Shown piece by piece: positions 15,457 to 20,000 of a stretch of 20,000 nt of DNA. Source of the DNA: an uncultured virus (IMG/VR IMGVR_UViG_3300031992_000081) (lineage: Duplodnaviria; Heunggongvirae; Uroviricota; Caudoviricetes); IMG/VR virus record IMGVR_UViG_3300031992_000081. One strand, 5' to 3'. The position numbers and the translations under genes are program-made. Under the pieces are notes generated by a model. The model searched no databases. It was not told the origin of the DNA and saw only the letters and a program-made list of their open reading frames with translations. The stretch's first letter is position 1. Each line of letters begins with the position of its first letter.

Positions 15457-18210
15457 TCATTCATCTGTATTTTTGCTTTCAGCTTTAATTCTACTAATTG
15501 TAGAAGTCGAGACCCCAAACTGAGCGGCGACATCGGCAATTGTATAACCATTTCCCAACAATGACAGAATTCTTGCTTTTTTTGCAGAAGACAATGCCAC
15601 TTTTGAACCACGACTCTTTGGTAAAGCATATTCTTTTATTTTATCCAAATCTGTGTTATTCAATATTCTATCAACCAGAGTAGAAGATATCGCATGCGCT
15701 TGTATTGCGTCCCATTCTTTTTCTGTTATTTCTACTTTTGATTTTTTAGCTTTATAACGAGTTCTTCCTGTTGCTAAAGCTTGTGTTTTTATCTTCTTTT
15801 TGTCTTCATTGGTCATGTTTGGATTGTCAAGGCGTTTTGAACGGTAAACAGCGTTCGCGTACACCTGCGCCATTCGTTCTCTTGGAGCATTAGATTCAGA
15901 ATCACGAAGTTTATTTTTCAACGATTCAATCTCTTTCTCATAAAGTTTAGCGGCGGAAGATGAATAGGGGGTTGCTTTTATGGCATAGGCCTCTTTCCTA
16001 GCGGTATTGGCTAGTGCTTTTAAAGAGTTTGCATAGTCCGCGTATACACTTTCTATCTTAGTAGTGGTACCTGGATAATTAGACGTGAGCTCGTATGCAT
16101 CCTTGGCCATGTCCATTTTTGTTGTTTTCATTTTAGCTTCCACAACGTTTCCATTTTTGTCCACATAAGTTCTGTAAGTAGGAACATATTTTGGAGCCCC
16201 TGTCTCTGGATCAATGCCTCTTTCTTTTCTTTCATCAATCCGGGTTTCAGAACTAGCTTTTGAAATTATTGTAGAAGCCCCGCCTGCATGCCCTGTATTA
16301 GGATTCATTTGATATTTTCTTATTAATTCTGATATTCCATTTTCTTCATAAGACCTTTTGTAATCCAGCTCGTGCTTTACGCAGTCAATTACTACCATTG
16401 AATGCTTTACTGCTCTAGCCAGTTCATCTTCATTAGCGCCCTTTATTGTCATATCGGTTATTAAATTTGATACTACTCCCATCATTTTTTGTTTATTCTG
16501 TTCCGAACAAACCTTCATTCCTGGATATCCAGGGTACGCGTCTGAGGTATCAAAGTTTTCAAGAGCCTTTAATGTCTGCTTCGATCTTATTTTTTTATCA
16601 TTATTTGGAATGATTAAAACCGAATCCCCATCGAAATCAGCACCTGACAACTGTTGAGCCGTTTTAAAGTTAACACCAACCGCATCTATTGAATCACCGC
16701 CAATTAATCTTTTTCCTTCTCGGTTATTATTATTTACTTTTAATTCCGGTATTTCAAATGTACCACCATGTGGATATCGAATAAGAACTACTGTTTCCCC
16801 GTCTTTATATCTAGGAGCATATATCTCACCGTCTCTTAATGATGGGCAAGGTAAAATGGCATACCAAGCTTGACGTGGTAATGAAGCTGCTTTTAATTGG
16901 TTAGCCGCGGAATCACAATTATCTGCGAATGATTGCAACAATTTCTTTTTTACATTCGGGTTATTATATGACATGATCTCATCGAAATCATCTTTTCGTA
17001 TCCCATAATCCAAATCAAGCTGTTGCTTTGCAAGACCCCAGCTCTGTTTAGAAAGAAATTGAGCAGCCAGATTCTTATGCTGTTTATCCCAGTCTCCTTC
17101 ATCTTTTATCTTATTTATGGCAGACAATTTTTGTTTTCCTGTTACAGGATCTGGATAATGACTTTGACCATTTGCTTTAATTACAGCCCCAAAAGGATTA
17201 TCTGGGTCATTTTTCATTGTCTTAAATACCTTTTCTTTAGGTGTTCCGACCTTATAATGCGTATTATAAATAACGTCATATCCTTCTGGAACATTGTCAG
17301 AATAAACAGCCATACCTTTCATATAATATTTTCCATCGACGGCTATTCTTACTTGAGCATATTTACTTTCGCCAAGTGACAAATCAGGAACGCCTCGCCT
17401 TAATTCTATCATTCCATCTTTTTCTTTTCCTCCGGTTGTGTCATATTTAATAAAAACACGATTAGAAGATATTGATGCTGGCTTTTCTAAGCCAAAGAAC
17501 GTCTTACCACCATCTTCTGTATGAAAGGCTGAATCACAAAGGGCTACATTTCCGGCATATAATGAATCTTTAGCTTCACCCCAAGTCATTCCTGGAGGAG
17601 TTAAAAGCATCATATGGGTCTTATGTCCCGGAGCAGTTACCTGATCTGTGTCTAATTTAACAATATTATATCCTTCGGTTTTTAATAGTTGGAGAGCTGT
17701 ATCCATTTTTGTTCTTGTTACGCCTAAATATAATTCGGCTCCTTTACCAACATCCAATGGAACACCTTGCTGTTTTAAAGTATCCGCTAAAGCTTTAGCC
17801 GTATTTCTAGTTTTTTCTGAATTAGCATCCAGTTTATCATTTAATAATGATCTAACGGATGATTCATTCATATTTAAAATACGTCCTATTTCTGTAGCGC
17901 CTTTACCTTCAGCATAAAGCTCTATTACTTTTTCTCTTTTAGCTTTTCTGCTTACCATATTTGATATGGATATTCTCTGTTTTAATTCTGTTTGAGTAAT
18001 ATTCATACCTTCTGCTATTTGTTTTGTTGTTAAACCCTTTTTTCTTTGCTCGTCTACATATTTTAGAAAACTATTTGATCTCTGTTCTGGGTTTTCACCA
18101 GATCCCCATGGGTATCTTCCGGAATGACCCCCATCAAGATGACCTACTCCATAATGCAATAATGACTCTTGACCAGTAATAAGATAATTAACAAAATCTT
18201 GTAACGTCAT
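15457..18210 (-). CDS. Putative single-subunit two-barrel RNA polymerase (YonO / cellular RdRP-like) with HTH domains
   Basis: 917 aa with QVRI..G...KG, LIRYP, LSGADFDGDSV (DFDGD at 16624-16638) and SMVVIDCVK. HTH-like segments at the N-terminus and C-terminus (IADVAAQFGVSTSTISRI). Confidence 0.72.
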   Translation of the reverse strand: MTLQDFVNYLITGQESLLHYGVGHLDGGHSGRYPWGSGENPEQRSNSFLKYVDEQRKKGLTTKQIAEGMNITQTELKQRISISNMVSRKAKREKVIELYAEGKGATEIGRILNMNESSVRSLLNDKLDANSEKTRNTAKALADTLKQQGVPLDVGKGAELYLGVTRTKMDTALQLLKTEGYNIVKLDTDQVTAPGHKTHMMLLTPPGMTWGEAKDSLYAGNVALCDSAFHTEDGGKTFFGLEKPASISSNRVFIKYDTTGGKEKDGMIELRRGVPDLSLGESKYAQVRIAVDGKYYMKGMAVYSDNVPEGYDVIYNTHYKVGTPKEKVFKTMKNDPDNPFGAVIKANGQSHYPDPVTGKQKLSAINKIKDEGDWDKQHKNLAAQFLSKQSWGLAKQQLDLDYGIRKDDFDEIMSYNNPNVKKKLLQSFADNCDSAANQLKAASLPRQAWYAILPCPSLRDGEIYAPRYKDGETVVLIRYPHGGTFEIPELKVNNNNREGKRLIGGDSIDAVGVNFKTAQQLSGADFDGDSVLIIPNNDKKIRSKQTLKALENFDTSDAYPGYPGMKVCSEQNKQKMMGVVSNLITDMTIKGANEDELARAVKHSMVVIDCVKHELDYKRSYEENGISELIRKYQMNPNTGHAGGASTIISKASSETRIDERKERGIDPETGAPKYVPTYRTYVDKNGNVVEAKMKTTKMDMAKDAYELTSNYPGTTTKIESVYADYANSLKALANTARKEAYAIKATPYSSSAAKLYEKEIESLKNKLRDSESNAPRERMAQVYANAVYRSKRLDNPNMTNEDKKKIKTQALATGRTRYKAKKSKVEITEKEWDAIQAHAISSTLVDRILNNTDLDKIKEYALPKSRGSKVALSSAKKARILSLLGNGYTIADVAAQFGVSTSTISRIKAESKNTDE

Positions 18211-18773
18211 AATAGTAGTCCACCTCCATCTTCATTTTCTAAAATTTTCTCCCAAGCAATTATAATATTCATAATTTGCCTTATTTCTTCCCCTGTGGGC
18301 TGAAATTCTATCAATTCTTGTCTTTGATAAAATCGACAGATTATTTTTATTTTTTCAGGATCAACTTGATTGCTTAAACACCAAAGAGCCGCATAAACTT
18401 TTAATTGATCATCATGCGGTTTCGTTACTCCGGTCTTTAAATCATGAATTCTTAATATACCCTTTTTAAATATAATAGAATCCGCTGTCCCATAACAATA
18501 CTTTGTATGGAATAAAAACTTTTCTGGTTCCATTCCAAATCCAATAGCATCATTTACATAATTGTATAACATGTTATTTGTTCTTTGTTTTTGCCAAATT
18601 CCAAGTTTTATTGATTCTTCAGCCCATGCATGAAGACGAGTTCCTTTTTCTTGTGCGCTTTGCTGTCTATACATATCCAATAAATGAGATTCTGTATATC
18701 TAAGCCATGCCGGTTGAGAAGGCGCCAAGAAAGCATGTGTGTCTTTATATCTCGAAGTATCTTCTAAGCTCAT
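18207..18773 (-). CDS. PD-(D/E)XK exonuclease-like protein (RecB/Cas4-like)
   Basis: GTRLH...E...GTADSI...IHDLKTG...QLKVYA motifs. Confidence 0.75.
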   Translation of the reverse strand: MSLEDTSRYKDTHAFLAPSQPAWLRYTESHLLDMYRQQSAQEKGTRLHAWAEESIKLGIWQKQRTNNMLYNYVNDAIGFGMEPEKFLFHTKYCYGTADSIIFKKGILRIHDLKTGVTKPHDDQLKVYAALWCLSNQVDPEKIKIICRFYQRQELIEFQPTGEEIRQIMNIIIAWEKILENEDGGGLLL

Positions 18774-19038
18774 TTAGCACTTCCTCCTCATTTTCTGGTG
18801 TGAGAAATGTTGAATAAACGCCATAAGAATTAAATAAATTAATATAATGTTCTTGATGCAATCTTTTAGATGCGTTTTTTGATCTTTTAGTTTCTATTCG
18901 AGCATGCTTATCTCGATAAAAAATTATAAGATCAGGAATTCCATTAACTCTTGATGGATCAGCAAATTCAACAAATATATCGGGACTCAGTAGTCTTAAT
19001 TTTCTAATGAACCCCGTTCTAAATGTTGATTCTTTCAT
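18745..19038 (-). CDS. VRR-NUC / Holliday junction resolvase-like nuclease
   Basis: 97 aa with E..F...GIPDL...IETKR...Q motif. Confidence 0.75.
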   Translation of the reverse strand: MKESTFRTGFIRKLRLLSPDIFVEFADPSRVNGIPDLIIFYRDKHARIETKRSKNASKRLHQEHYINLFNSYGVYSTFLTPENEEEVLNELRRYFEI

Positions 19039-19041
19039 TTT

Positions 19042-19218
19042 TTATTGTACCCTCCTATAACGTGTCAACTGTATATTTCTTACTTTAGTTGGCTCTTTGG
19101 AATTTGCAGAATATAATTGTGCTTCTTCCAAAGTGTTAAAAATTTCAAGAATAGAATCTGTTATTAAACTATATACATAGTAAACCTCTTCTACTCTTTC
19201 AGTTAAAAAATCATCCAT
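19042..19218 (-). CDS. 58-aa hypothetical protein
   Basis: Not in the ORF track. AAAGGAG RBS. Reads MDDFLTERVEEVYYVYSLITDSILEIFNTLEEAQLYSANSKEPTKVRNIQLTRYRRVQ. Confidence 0.65.
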   Translation of the reverse strand: MDDFLTERVEEVYYVYSLITDSILEIFNTLEEAQLYSANSKEPTKVRNIQLTRYRRVQ

Positions 19219-19231
19219 GGCAACTTACTCC

Positions 19232-19274
19232 TTTAAAAAATAAAAGGGGCATAAAACACACATTATGCCTCTTT
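19232..19274 (-). terminator. Terminator-like hairpin after helicase
   Basis: Arms 19243-19254/19263-19274 with one mismatch, followed by a T-rich tract on the minus strand. Confidence 0.5.
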
Positions 19275-19294
19275 CCTTCTATAATATAGTTAGA

Positions 19295-19999
19295 TTATAG
19301 CGCGAAGAACTTTCGAGCATTAAAATCTTTTTTATTGTTCAATGCTCGGGTTATCGCTTTATCTATTCCTGCTCTTGATTTAAATCGGTACAAAAATAAT
19401 TCTTTAAACGGTGTGTTACGTCTATTTATTCTTCCAGCCGATTGAATCATTTGTTTATAGGAATAAGTTTGCGAGTAAAATATAATTACATTTGTCTCGA
19501 TACAATTCCATCCTTCTGATCCTGCAGAGTATTGAATTAAATAAACCCATCTGTCTCCAGAAATAATCGGTTCATGTTTATGACCGTTCCATTCAGAAAA
19601 TGGAATTTTATTTTCGCTTAACGCTTTCTGCAATAATTCTAGTTCGTAATCAAAGTTGTAAAATATAATTACTTTTTTATGTCTATCGCATAATCTTAGT
19701 ACTTCATTTATTCTTGACTTATCACTGTTTATTATTTTTCTTAATATACTACAATATTCACTAGCATTTAAAATTGGATTTCCAGTGTACGGATTAATTC
19801 TTTTCATTACAACTTTCATATATTCGTCTCGGTCATATTCTACTGGGACGTCAACATAAACTTCAGTTGCTGGGCTCTGATAATCCATATCTATTAAAAT
19901 TTTATTTTTAAAGTAATCCAATTTTTTTATATTATTGTAATGATCAATAACTGGGTAACTTCTAAATGGTTTGTATGATATATGCTCTTGCCTAAAAGC
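19295..19999 (-). CDS. SF2 (SNF2-like) helicase, C-terminal part (truncated at window edge)
   Basis: KVIIFYNF, AGSEGWN and QSAGRINR motifs. The frame stays open upstream of 19921 to the window end. Confidence 0.85.
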   Translation of the reverse strand, partial: AFRQEHISYKPFRSYPVIDHYNNIKKLDYFKNKILIDMDYQSPATEVYVDVPVEYDRDEYMKVVMKRINPYTGNPILNASEYCSILRKIINSDKSRINEVLRLCDRHKKVIIFYNFDYELELLQKALSENKIPFSEWNGHKHEPIISGDRWVYLIQYSAGSEGWNCIETNVIIFYSQTYSYKQMIQSAGRINRRNTPFKELFLYRFKSRAGIDKAITRALNNKKDFNARKFFAL

Positions 20000-20000
20000 A

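Noticed and set aside
18207..18773. Cas4 / CRISPR system
   Set aside because: No array or other cas genes, and no clear four-Cys Fe-S motif. It looks like an ordinary phage PD-(D/E)XK nuclease.
1..20000. Stop-codon reassignment, tRNAs, introns or inteins
   Set aside because: Genes are intact and densely packed under the standard code. No cloverleaf was seen, and terL and portal are of normal length.

Overview
This window is from a tailed (siphovirus-like) phage of a probable low-GC Bacillota host, judged from strong AGGAGG ribosome-binding sites. Every credible gene is on the minus strand. In transcription order (right to left) the genes are: SF2/SNF2-like helicase (truncated), small ORF, VRR-NUC-like nuclease, PD-(D/E)XK exonuclease-like protein, a 917-aa protein with two-barrel RNA polymerase motifs (GADFDGD) and HTHs, and a hypothetical protein. 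Next come a GC-rich non-coding putative cos region, a six-gene accessory module, a long structured non-coding element, a terminase small subunit candidate, HNH, head-tail adaptor, terminase large subunit, three basic HYGxxGMxW-motif proteins and portal. The window ends with a protease-capsid fusion, head closure and tail terminator proteins, two tandem major tail paralogues and tail chaperones. The most notable candidate system is a YonO/RdRP-like single-subunit RNA polymerase carrying the same N-terminal L-x-H-Y-G tag as the putative internal head proteins. An [IL]-x-H-small motif also recurs in the capsid precursor and the portal tail, suggesting protease processing and virion packaging. A 12-mer (AAAATCAAAATG) occurs four times at late-gene boundaries. 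Product calls rest on motifs and synteny only; no searches were run.
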